The notes under the pieces: generated by a model | Seen by the model: only the letters and a program-made list of their open reading frames with translations | The model's database searches: none | Told to the model about the DNA's origin: nothing | DNA from: Guillardia theta CCMP2712 | Lineage: Eukaryota; Protista; Cryptophyta | Reading direction: 5' to 3' | Assembly (NCBI RefSeq): GCF_000315625.1 | Contig: NW_005434590.1 | Coordinates: 179,560-243,559 of the forward strand | DNA: 64,000 bases | Made by a program: the position numbers and the translations under genes | Shown: piece after piece, positions 13,225 to 25,094 of the stretch | Numbering within the stretch: position 1 is the stretch's first letter | Layout: each line of letters begins with the position of its first letter

Positions 13225-13790
13225 CACTACTGCGGCCGCACTATCGGATCGCGGGGCCCGGCTGCCACGGCTCAGGGGGAGTAGGCTAGCCTCACGGTAC
13301 TCGGAACCGGGGGGCCCGGACCGACCCGACCAATTGGCCCAGCAGGCGTACTGCCGGCGCGGCCCGGCAACTGGCCCGGCGGCTCGGAGGCGCGGCGCGC
13401 CGGGGACCGTCCGATCCGGCGAGCCGAGTCCGCGCCGCCCGTAGCGGCGGCATCAGGTTCGTGACGCCGCGTCGGAGATCAGAGTCACGGTCAGCCCGGG
13501 CGCCCCGCCCCGGTCACTGCGGCACCGTAGTACTTTTAGGTTTGGTTCTCGCTGTCTTTTCTCTTCTCGCCGCCGTTTGGCCTGTGCGACAGTGTCAGGG
13601 TCAAGCCTCCTCGACTCTCCTGATTGTCCTCGTACTGATCTTTAACTTAACTTTGAGTAAAAAAACTACGGTGACAGTCACCGCCGCCGCAAAGTTCCGA
13701 CTCCGGGTTCCGAAGTTCGGAGTTCGCGGCCGGGCCGGGCCCTTGCCACGGTTCAAGCGGGCCCGTTCCGAGTTCCGAAGTTTGCCTGGT
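13225..13790. other. GC-rich, CCGG-rich intergenic island
   Basis: Same composition as the other islands. Contains the shared 21-mer at 13641. Confidence 0.7.
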
Positions 13791-15177
13791 AGACCCCACA
13801 TGTTCCCTACTAGAGGTGACATGTAGAGAGGGTGGGTGGTATAGAGCTGTGTCCGCAACAACAAGGACTACCACCCCCTCTATACCCCCTTACCTGGGAA
13901 CACAGTTGTGTTTACTGGTAAAGTGAGTACCCCTACGTCTGACTGCTAATGTTGGGGTAATATTTGGATTTCAGATCTTGCTTTGATTCCTGTCATTCTG
14001 AAGGTGGGTAGTGCAAAGAAGGGGTAGGGTCTACGGCATGACTCCAGGGTGGGGTAGAGTATTAGGAATTCAGCTACGAAAAATGTGGGTGGGGTAGTAG
14101 GATGTGATATGTGAATGGGTAGGGTATCGTTATCTAATGCTTCTACTTGGGGGTGGGTGGGGCTTGTACTGTATGAGAGAGAGTAGTCAGGTTTTGGGCC
14201 TTCAGGCAGGGGATCCACAATGAAGGGGTGGTGATATGACCCCCACCCTATCCATGTCATCAAAAATGGTAATTCAAAGTACCCTTTTTTACTACCCCCT
14301 GAGCTAGGTACCCGTACAACAACAAACCACCCTCACACTGCAACCCATGTTCCTCGGTACCCACCTATGCGCTTTACACACCAGTTGCAGCCTCCCTTTT
14401 GTAACCCCCATTTTTCCAATGAAGTACCCACCCGTTTATATACCCTGCTTCGAAAATACTGTCGCAATGCAACCCCCCACCCTAATTTTACACCCCACCC
14501 CCGCCGTTTAGTGCAACCCGAAATCCCTTGTACCCCTTGACTCCTAAACTGCTTCCACCCTTTCCGTTTCTGCCCTACCCCCCTCGTACCTACACCTACC
14601 CCTTGTGTCACATGATGTACCCCATTTGTTCCCTCCTTGAGTTGGTACAAGTAGGTAGGGCTCATTTTGCTACCGGTCTGAAACGGACCCTACCTACAAA
14701 CTCCTTTTCGGAACCCATTAATTCTGATCACCCCCTATAAAGTATCGAGCAGGTAATCATCCATGAAAGGTGGGTACATATCTCTTTGAGTGGGTCCTTC
14801 ATACTTCCCTGGTGGCCATATTTTATTTTTTGAAGTGATATATATGGGAAAAGGAGGGGTAAATTTTAATTGCAAGGGGTACAAAAGTATGGGGGTGGGT
14901 CACATAGGGATAGAGTAGGGTTATATTTTGAGGTCGATCAAGCCGAGGGGTCCAAAGGCTTACCGGTACACCCCCACCCCATGTTTGAAACACCTATCCT
15001 AATAGTTAGTACCCCCAGTTACATGTCTATTTCCCCTACCCTACCCAATTACAGACTACCCCTTCCTGACATCTATCACCCCCTTTGGTGGTATCACCCC
15101 ACCCCAAATGGAACTAAACCCCCCTACCCCTACCCCCAACTAAAGTGTTTCGCCGCCCCCAGATCAGGACAAACCCC

Positions 15178-18100
15178 ATGGCCGAAATGCCGAACAAGAG
15201 CCAACCGGTGAGGCAAGGAGAGGAGGGAGGAGGAGGGAGGGGAGGATTGAGAGGCCAGATACATCAGAGAGATGCGAAGAGTGAAGTTAGGAAGACAGGA
15301 GAGATCGAGATATGAAGAAGGAGCATCAGAGAAAATGGAGCGAATTTCATGCTGGTTACCAATGAAGGCAGTTATAATCTGCTTGAGGTAGAAGACAGTA
15401 GATGCAGCGCTCGCTTTGAAAACTATCGCGAAATGGAAATTCAATTCGTATGTTAAGGTGCAAAGCATTACTTGTTCACACTTAAAACTGCAAGATTGGC
15501 CAGTGAAAGAGATTGTCTGTATGTTGGTTTGTACCCCAGGATCAGATGCATTTCGTCTATAAAGCTGTTCAATTGATTCGTGGTGCCAAGTTCGAGCACG
15601 CCATATTCTTGTTAGCACATCGTGTAGCTAGAGCACTTGCATGCATGAGAGAAAAAGATGCGTTGATGTTGACTTGTTTTACAAGGTCTTCGGTGGCTTG
15701 TACCAGCAAACAAAGAAGGTACCGATTGGCTCAGGATCTTTTGCAATGGTACTCGCTCTCAAATGCTTCATGGAAGCAAGGCATGACGTTGGTACTTGAT
15801 AGGTTTATGAGGGAATGAACATATCTTCAAGAGAGATTGTAGCTATCAAGAAAGTTAGCTGGGAGAAACTGGAGAAACAGCCAAGATACATTGAACGACA
15901 CAAAAACCAGCTGCGAAACGAGTTGGCAGCAATGCAAACGTTGAATCATCCCAACATTGTGCGTCTACTCCACCACCAGAACACACCCAAGTACTTTGTC
16001 ATGGTCTTGGAGTTTTGCGCCGGCGGCGATCTAGCTTCTGCCTTGCGGAAACGAAAGCTTCAAGTGAGTGGGATGGATTTAGTTTGGCATGTGCCAAGTT
16101 GACGGATTTGCAGACAAAGAATGAGACGATCGATGAGAATCTTGCTTGCAGACTCACCAAACAACTAGCCGATGGTCTCAAGGAGATGCGAGTGTTGAAC
16201 TGGGTGCACAGAGATCTGAAGCCGGGGAATCTGCTCTTGTCATGTGAAAGACTGGAAGACGCAACATTGAAGATTGGAGATTTCGGGTTCGCGACTAGGT
16301 TGAAATCGGAGAGCTTGGCTCAGACATGGGTTGGATCGCCTTTGTACATGGCACCTGAGATCCTCACGAAAGAGAGTGGAGGTTACGATGCAAAGGCTGG
16401 TGCGCCTCCATCAACTCTTGACTTTCCGATCTCAATGCTGTCACAGATTTGTGGAGCGTTGGGTGCATCCTGTTTGAGATGGTAAAGGGTAGGCAGGTAG
16501 TCGACGCTTTGTTTCTGCTGATGAGAAGATTGTAAGCTTCTTCCCCAGCCTTATGGGTCAAGCGCACGCGACCCCGAAGAGCTGAAGCAAGACATTAGAA
16601 GTGACAACAAGTATCAGCCGGTGACTGCCGTGATCGTCAAGATGTTTCGCTGATGATGGTCGAGCACAGGAACCGCCAATCTTGCTGAGTGATGAGCTTG
16701 AATCTCTGTTAGATGCTCTTCTGTAAGTACAGTTTGAATCTTGTTGTCTGTCGGAGCCAATGACTTTCGGATTTTAGACAAAGAGTTCCCGCACAGCGAA
16801 TGTCCTACGACGAGTTCTTTGAACACATTTGGTTCGACATGCTGGAAAGCAATTCGCTGCCAAACAGCGTCTCAACCAAGATGTTGGGGTTGATGGAGAG
16901 CACCACCCAAGAGCAGACAGGAGAGACGGCTGAGAATCATTTCACTGCCAGCAAGTTGAGGGCATCTGCCAACTCTGACAAGGTCTTGTTACTTGTTGTC
17001 CCCATCAGCATCGTGATTTCCCTCTCAACACAGGCCATTTCTCACCTGATTTCCGAAATTATGTCACCCACAGCCAACCAAGTCGACACGAAAGTGAAGT
17101 CGAAGGTAGAAAAGCGAGATTCTGACATCAGAAAACAATCTTCACCTGCAACAAGTCAGCACTCCAATCCTGAGGGTTCATCGCGATCCAGCCATGATGC
17201 TGAAGAAACCGTTCCGCGACCTGAAGACGAGCCTTCGAAATCGAGGCCAAGACCGACAGCAGAGAATCCCAGTGAAAGAGTTTCGGAGAGAGTCCGGAGC
17301 AAAGATGGAGGACACCCCACAAGGAAGGAGAGCACGCTGCAGAGGATATCGGAATACACTCATTTCCACGCTGACGGCAGGCCCATCGACGAAGAGTTCG
17401 AGCTGGTAGACAGCATCTATCCCGGCGAGCCCGTGTGGATCGAAGTGAACAAAGGTTGTGACCCCCGGCAGACCCCGATGGACCAGCAGCGGAGCAAAGG
17501 ATTCATCCTTGAGCAGAGCGGACTTCCACAGGAGGTTGTTCACGAGGGAAAGAACCTTGAGCTGCTGATACGAGATGTGATCCAATGCACGCGCGAGATC
17601 GTGGAGATCGCAAACGATCGGTTGAGGAGGCAGAGGCCGCTGGCTTCTCAGGCGCTCGTCCTCTACTTGTGGTCCATGAAGATCGTGCACAGAGCGCTGC
17701 TCCAGATGCAGCACATCCAGCGTGCATGCGGAGGCCTGCTTCCTTGCTGCCTCATGAAGGACTGGCAGGATTCGATCCTTGGGCATCTCGCTGACGACTA
17801 TGAGAAGGCAAAGATCGCCATGCGCCTTTGCATCGAGTCCTCCAAGTCGTCCGAGTGTAGTTGGGTGACAACAGGAGGGAACCTCAACGATCACGCCATG
17901 GCGTCTCCCGCTGCTCCTCGACCTGATCGCATCGCCTACGACACGGCGATCAGGAGCGCGAGGGATGCGGCGACGAGAGAGCTGCTGTATGGGTCGGAGG
18001 AGTCAGTCAAAGACACCAAGGTGCTCTACCAGCGGGCAATCCTCCTCCTCTGCTCGCTCATGCTCGATGGGAGGGGCTCAGCACGCGACATGGAGATTCT

Positions 18101-18296
18101 CTCCATGTACTCGGGGATGCTAGTGGAGCGTATCGAGCTGCTGGCTGCCAAGGGGGAGGGACGGGGAGCAGACGGCATGGCGGAGCTGGTGAGGAGGTGC
18201 AGTACTGTTGGGCGACTGTGGAGCGACAACATGCTTAGGGGGGCTCCATCGTACACGACCAGGAGCTTCATGGGGAGGGCAGGGCCTGTACCTTGA
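15178..18296 (+). CDS. ATG1: Ser/Thr kinase ATG1/ULK, multi-exon
   Basis: Spliced MAEMPNKSQP|VFGG…IGSGSFAM|VYEG…VAIKK; HRDLKPGNLLL; LKIGDFGFA; TWVGSPLYMAPEIL; YDAKA|DLWSVG. The C-terminus is MIT-like (ALVLYLWSM; PDRIAYDTAIRSARDAATRELL…LYQRAILLL). Confidence 0.85.
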
Positions 18297-18337
18297 GGGG
18301 AGACATGGGCGTTTCATTTACAGGCGTTATGGACTTG

Positions 18338-21300
18338 TTAGTTTCCCACAGCTTTTGTGTTTTGAATCGACTGCCAGTCCTCGAACTCCTGCCATGACCA
18401 GACTTGAGCGGCTTGATTGGGAGGCGAGGAGGATAGAGGAGGCAGGGGAGGCGAGGGATGAAGTGGAGGCAGATTGAGGTGGAAGGGAGGGGGAGCAAGC
18501 AGCAGATTCGCACCTTGAGCACCAGCCTAACAATGCTGAGATTGAGCGGTTTCGTAGTGTAGCGGTTCATTCCTGTGTGCCATGCTAGTCAGGAGCAACG
18601 ATGACGAGGGGAGGGAGGGGAAGGGGAGAGAGACGAGAGGGAGGGAGGGAGGGAGGGAGGGAGGGAGTGGAAGGGGAGGGAGGGAGAGGAAGGGAGGGAG
18701 GGAGGGAGGGAGAGAGGGAGGGAGGGAGGGAGGGAGGGAATCGAGTCAAGTGCTCACCCGCATTGAGACAGTCCGTCTCATCAGTTGTCGCAGCATGAGC
18801 CGTCATGGCGATTATGTAGTAGGGACGCTCGTTGGGGGCCGCCTGACCAGCATGTCAACAGAGCAAGAGAGCCTGTGAGCGAAGAGGGACGAGATGACAG
18901 GGGAGATGGAGGAAAGAAGAGGGAGGAGACAGCAGGGAGGATCGAGGAAGGGGAGGGGGAAGGGAGGAAGAAGCAACACGAGGAAGAGGAGGCAGGAGGG
19001 AGCGATAGGAGGGATATCCTGAGATCACCTTGGCCTCCCACTCGCGGATCTTCATGGTGGCTTCAATGCCGTCCATCAGGGGCATGCGAATGTCCATAAT
19101 GATGAGGTCGAAGTAATGACGCCGATTGGTTGCCAGATTGACTCCTTCGACGCCTGCCATGCTTGTCAGAGCCAAGACCAAGCAGACGGGAGAAGAGCAG
19201 AGCGGGAGCAGAGTCAAGGGGAGGAGAGGGGAAGCAGAGGAGTGGCGAGGGGAAGGGGAGGAGAGGGAGTGGAGGGGGAGGAGAGGGGAGGGGAGGGGAG
19301 GAGAGGGAGGGGGAGGAGAGGGAGGGGAGGGGGAGGAGAGGGAGTGGAGGGGGAGGACAGGGAGTGGAGGGGGAGGAGAGGGGAGGGGGGGGGAGGAGGA
19401 GTGGTTTGTCATTCACCGTTGTTTGCAACTTCTACTTCGAAATTTTCTTTTCCTGAAAGCAAGAGTGAATCCACCACCAATTCCTCCTCCTACCCATCCC
19501 GACTGCCTACCACCTCCCTCCCCCTCCCTGCTTTCTTCTTCGCTCACCTAAAGTTTTCTGAAGCATCGCAATCACAACTTTCTGGTTGACAACTTGATCC
19601 TGGCGAGAGGTCAGAATGACGAGGGAGGAGGACAGGAAGGAGCAAGAGAGGAAGCGAGGGGGACCATGGGGCATGGGCAAGAAGGAAGAAGAAACGAGCA
19701 GGAGGCGTGAGAATCGATGAAGCAGCAGGGGGCAAGGAGGAGATGCCAGGAGGGGGCTGAGAACAAGGAGCATCAACAACCTCCACGATGAGGATTCGCA
19801 TCTTGGAGATGGGCTGAGCATTGTTTGTCGCCGAGAGCGAGTTGTTGGACTCCTTCGTCGCATCCTTCCCCCCGTTTATTTCCTGCACTATGTGCTGGGA
19901 GTACATCAGCACGCCAGGAGGGAGGAGGGCAACACAGTCACCAGGAGTTTCGAGTACAAGGCAGACATCTTGACTGGGCGCAGAACGAGCTTGTGCAGAT
20001 CGCAGGATACCTGTGAGTGCGAGAGATCAGCGATACTCCCTTCCCTTGCCCCTAACGCCTCCTTCCCCTCCTTTCCCCCCACGCCCCTCTTGCTCCTCCT
20101 CCTCCATCCCCTATCCTTCCTCACCTTGTACTTGCCACCCCCCTGCTCGTCGAGATAACCAACGACGAGCAAGCTGTTGAGTTCATCCTTGCTCCAGCCA
20201 TCCAGCAGCCCGTTCTGCAGCTGACTATCGATGATGAGCACCGAGGGCCTACCCTCCTTCGCCTCCTTCTCCTTCTTGTCCCTGAGCTCTGCCTTCAGTC
20301 GCTCCATCTGCTTCAGCGTCAAGTCCATGGCGGACGCCGCTGTGAAGATATCGTCGATATCCATCCCCCAGAATCTGAGCATCTCCTTCATCATCGTCTT
20401 CGTTGGACCCTCTGGCAGCACCAGTCGAACTTTTCCCCTGCTCACAGTCAGTCCGCAGCCCCTCCCCCTCCTCCTCATCCCTTCTCTCCCTCCTCCCACC
20501 TCCTCTCCTCTCCCCTCCGCGTCCCCAAAATCAAACTCACACCCTCCATCTCCATTGCACACCCTCCTCGCCTCCTCCCTTCTTCCACCTCCTCCCCTTT
20601 CCCTTCCTCCTCTCCTCTCTCCTTCACCAACCCCTGCCCCTCCCCGTCTCGCCTCACCTCAGCGAGTCCCTGGCCATGAACTTGGGGAACGTGAGCTCGA
20701 AGTCCCGTCCGGAACAGACAGGGAGGGGAACGACGATGCGGAAGGTCGTTCCCCTCCCGTCGGTGTTGCTGACGCACTCGATGGTCCCGCACATGGCGCT
20801 CACGATCCTCTTGGTGATGGCGAGCCCGAGGCCGGTGCCTCCGTTGTTGCTCATGTGCTTCGAGGGCAGCTGGGGAAGAGCAGGAGTCAGCGGGAGGAAG
20901 GGGAATGAGGGGAAGTGAGGAACAACTGAGAGGAAAGCGGATGGCCCGGAGAAGAGGACGGTGCAGTTGGTGCGGAGAGGATTGGAGAGGCATGGAGGAG
21001 GAAAAGAGCGAATAGAAGTCGAGGGGAGCGGAAGGGGGAAGGAGGGAAACGCCGGACAGGAAGTCAGGGGTAGGAGGCAGGGGGCACCTGCGAGAAGGGC
21101 TTGAAGAGCAGGTCCTGCTGCTCCAAGGGGATCCCCTCCCCGTTGTCCCAAACTTCAAGGCACACGAACGCCGAGTCCGCCGGGGCTTCTTCCTGCAGTC
21201 GGACCGACAGGATCACCTGCCCCCCTTCGTCTCTGCAGAATTTCACGGCGTTGTCGCAGAGGTTAATCAGGCACTGGCGCAGACGGAAGCTGTCCCCAAG

Positions 21301-23093
21301 CAAAAACGGGCAAGTTCCCAGCTTGCAGCTCAAGCACAGCTGGACAGCAAAGTCCACCTGCTTCCCGCTGACTCGAGCCGCCATGATATCGCTAAGCTCG
21401 TCGCTGAGCTCGCCGAGGTGGAAGGGCTTCTCGGTGAAGTCGATGGAGGAAGGAATCATCTCGTGCTTGCTCGACTGGCTCCCATCGTCCGACCCGTCCG
21501 CCTTCGCCTCCAGCTTCGCATACTCGAGCACCTGGTTGATAATGCCCAGGAGGGCCTCGGCTGAGGTGAGGGAGGAGCTCACGTACTCGCGGTGGATGGA
21601 GTTCAGGTCGTCGGCCTCGAGGAGGAGCGAGTTGAAGGCGACGACCGAGTTGAGGGGCGTGCGGAGCTCGTGGCTGATGTTGGCGATGAACTTGCGGGAG
21701 AGTCGGGCGGAGGTCTCTGCCTCTACACACGCCATCTGCAGCGCTCGGTTCATCACCTCAGTTCGCAGCACCGTCCTCTCCTTGCTGTCCTTCTCAGTCT
21801 CCATCTGCTGTAGCCTCAGCGTCGCCACCGTGTCGAGAATGCAGAAGTTCCCAGTCATGAGCGCGACTGTGTAGATGGCCTTGGCAAGAACGTCCACGAA
21901 GGTACGGCAGATGCTGAACTGAGTGTCGTCGAGAACGTGGAGGTGGTGGAGAATGTGGAGGGTAGGGAACGACAGCCACAGCAGGTACGTGTAGATCTGA
22001 AGGCCGCGCAGCGAAGTGATCTCGTAAGTAGTCGCGGCCTGCTTCACGTTCCGGTCGATGATCTGCCATATTCTGTAGTAGACGACCACGAAGCAGGAGG
22101 CGGCGCAGCAGAACACGGCCCATCCTATGAAGCAGGAGCCGATGATGTTGTGAGTAAGGCCCAGCACGAGCATCAGCTCGTCCCAGCAGATCGCGTTGAT
22201 CACCAACGGCCAGTCAGGAACCAAGTTCTCCTCCATGGAAGTACCCAGGCTTGCAAGGACGAGGATCATGATGGGGGTCGTGCACATCCATTGCATGAAA
22301 AACTGGACGGCGATCGGCTCGCCTGTGGTGTCGTACATAGGGGTGAAAACGTCCAGGACGGTCGAGACGTACACGACAAAGGCAACCATGTTGATGAAGA
22401 GAGCTAGGCTGTTCAGCTGTCGCTTCTTTGCAGAGACCTGTATGGAAAGAGAGACGAAGATGAGCAACACGTCACAAGCCAACATCGTCGTTATCACCTG
22501 GAAAACCATCCCTGATATGTCCATGATGATGCAAACTCCGAAGATGAATGCTGCTAGCACCTGCAGCATCGCATGAGAACAAGAAAACATTCTGCAGTGT
22601 CAACGCACATTCACAAACTTCGATTTGTCCAACGTGACCTCGTCAGATTGTGCGGAAAATCCCATCTTGGGCTTGCAATATCCCGATAGCACCCAACTTC
22701 CATACACAAACCCAACGTATATGAAGCACCACACGATGAACAGAGCTACTCCAGGCATTTCTTTCTGGGCCTTCTTGATTCTTGTAGAAAAACTTCCTTT
22801 CTCGTCATTGGAGCCCTGGGTAACCGAGGATTAGACGGAATGTCAATTTCTCGATTTTCTATGCAAGCATGTTTACAAGACAAGAACCGACAAAAAGTAT
22901 TGCACACAATCATCTGAGTAATACAATCATCATAGTAATACAAGCACATCAGTTTCCAAGGAAGCCTTCTGATTCAGGACACAAGGATTGTGAGAAAAGA
23001 TCAAGCCTCACTAACTGACTTCAAACTAGCACTTACAGAGTCGCTGATGAACGACGAACTCTTTGTCTTAGTATGGAATGAGTTCTGCGACAT
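18338..23093 (-). CDS. Rhodopsin-histidine kinase-receiver hybrid (histidine kinase rhodopsin), multi-exon
   Basis: Type-1 opsin helices (FFMQWMCTTPIMI; WDELMLVLG; LLWLSFP; VDVLAK). HisKA FIANISHELRTPLN. HATPase N-box LRQCLINLCDNAVKF, VWDNGEGI and GGTGLGLAI. Receiver MRILIVE|DQVVNQ…FDLIIMDIRMPLMDG…IIAMTAHA…GMNRYTTKP. Last exon EFEDWQSIQNTKAVGN*. Confidence 0.92.
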
Positions 23094-25094
23094 TTTGTTG
23101 CGATAGGATGAAATCAATGGAGCCTGATTCAATGAATGTACCACAGGAATCAAAGTGCCATTCTGGAGAAAAGAAGATCGGTAAGAAACCAAGAACAACG
23201 ATTCACAACACTGCAACGTGTTGTGAAGTTTCACCTCAGATGGCGACGCAATGTGCACTACTCGTGATTTGGCCACGCCATTCACAGACGGGAAATCCTA
23301 TCGACAGGTGTCAACAACATTAAACGGCAACAACGGAGGTATTCCATGTTAGAGATCATCATCCCTGAGAAAAATTTCTACAAGAGACATGTAATTGCGT
23401 TCTTAGTCGGCACCCTCGCTGGCGAACGAATCGAACACACGCAATATCTGATTTCTTGCTCTTGCAACCTTCCCAAGTGTACGCATGTGCATCCATGCAT
23501 CTAACCTTCTCCATATGTTCGATACTACAACATGTTGCAGCCAAAGAAGCTCAAACGCAACCACATCTGCGATAGGTTCCCCATCCTTTGCTTCGATCTG
23601 GTACATCGTCCATTGGCATAACCTCTGGTAACAAGACTGACTGATATGGAGGCACATCATTACATCTGTGTGAATATTATGAAGCTTTTGCCTATCCTCT
23701 TGCGACCCCTCCCACCTGCTGCAAACTTCACAACTCTACGGTCACGCTCTCATTGAGAGCCCCCTCCCTCGCAGTCCGCATGCCTCACTGCACACGCCTG
23801 CCTCTTCTTTCCAACCTCTGATGCCTGCTCTGAACCTTGATTATCCTCTGTTCTCATCAGCACAGCGGCTGTTCCTCTTCCTCTTCCTCTTTCTCCTCCT
23901 ATCGCCGGCCCCACCGCTGCATTTCCATCCTCGTTCAGTTTTCAGTCAACTCTCTTGACCGCATGCCCCCTCAACCCATACACCCACCCCCATACCCTCG
24001 TATCTATTCGTCCCTTTCTCGAAGACCCCCCACCCCCTGGACTTCCACCCCATCGGAGATCACCCCCCAATTTTACCACTATTATCACCCATTCTCATCG
24101 AGATGTAACACCCACCCCCTCCTATAAATCTACAAAGCTTTTTTAACTAGCTAAAATACCCCACCCCCCCGGAACGAATCGAATCATGGCTAAAGGTAAC
24201 GTGACGATTGGTAAAACTTTATAAAATGTTTTGCTGTCAGTAATAAAGGTACTTGGAGTTTGTACCACATCTGCTGATTTTTTAGGAATCGTTGTACTTG
24301 TTCCACCCGCCTACCACGAGATCAATAGCAATACAGATGAAGCTTCCCGTCGGTAGAACAACTTGGTACAAAAGAGTTTATAACTGTTTTTGTATGCGTA
24401 TAAAAATCGGAAATTATATGAAACGGTACCAATGTGTTTTGGGGTAACAGTTCAAAATATTTGGATATATTCGGAATAGTTTGAAATTCCACCTAAATAT
24501 TTGAAGGAGTTGGTTCCCTTTCGTTGTGGAGGGATATGACCCCCAACGACCCACGTGGAATCACCATCTTCAGCCGGCGGGGTGGTCATATCGTCAAGAC
24601 AAGGAGGGGTAGTACAAACAGCAACAGTCGCCTAGGAAGGAAGGGTGGTGGGGTCAATAAATATCCTCGTGAGATCAAAATGTTTTATATTTTTTAAAAA
24701 CAACATTCGAGCCCCCTGTTACCACGGTTTTATATATCTGGGGAAGTGGGGTACATCTATAGCCCTGGAGTGGGTAGAGGGGGTGAAGTAAAACAGTGTC
24801 TGACATGATTCTTGATTTTAAAATGAAAGGATCTGATTTTGGTTCAGGGGTGGGTTAATACCCCACCCTTCAATCGTAGCCACTGTGTCGAGAATCTTCT
24901 CGGGTAGCAGACACTATAAAATTGCCTTGTGGGGGTTTAAAAAACTATTTTGTAGAAGTCAGCAGATCACGTGATCACATAAAGCGGGTAGAACACATCA
25001 GTTCCAACATAGCCTACCATCGATATTCTCTATATCTCTTCCTAGTCTCAAACGCATATGCCCCTACCCACCTGCTCCTTGTCCCCCCCTGCAC

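Noticed and set aside
14960-15170. Telomeric repeats in the CCCTA-rich patches
   Set aside because: There is no regular tandem unit; the sequence is irregular and internal.
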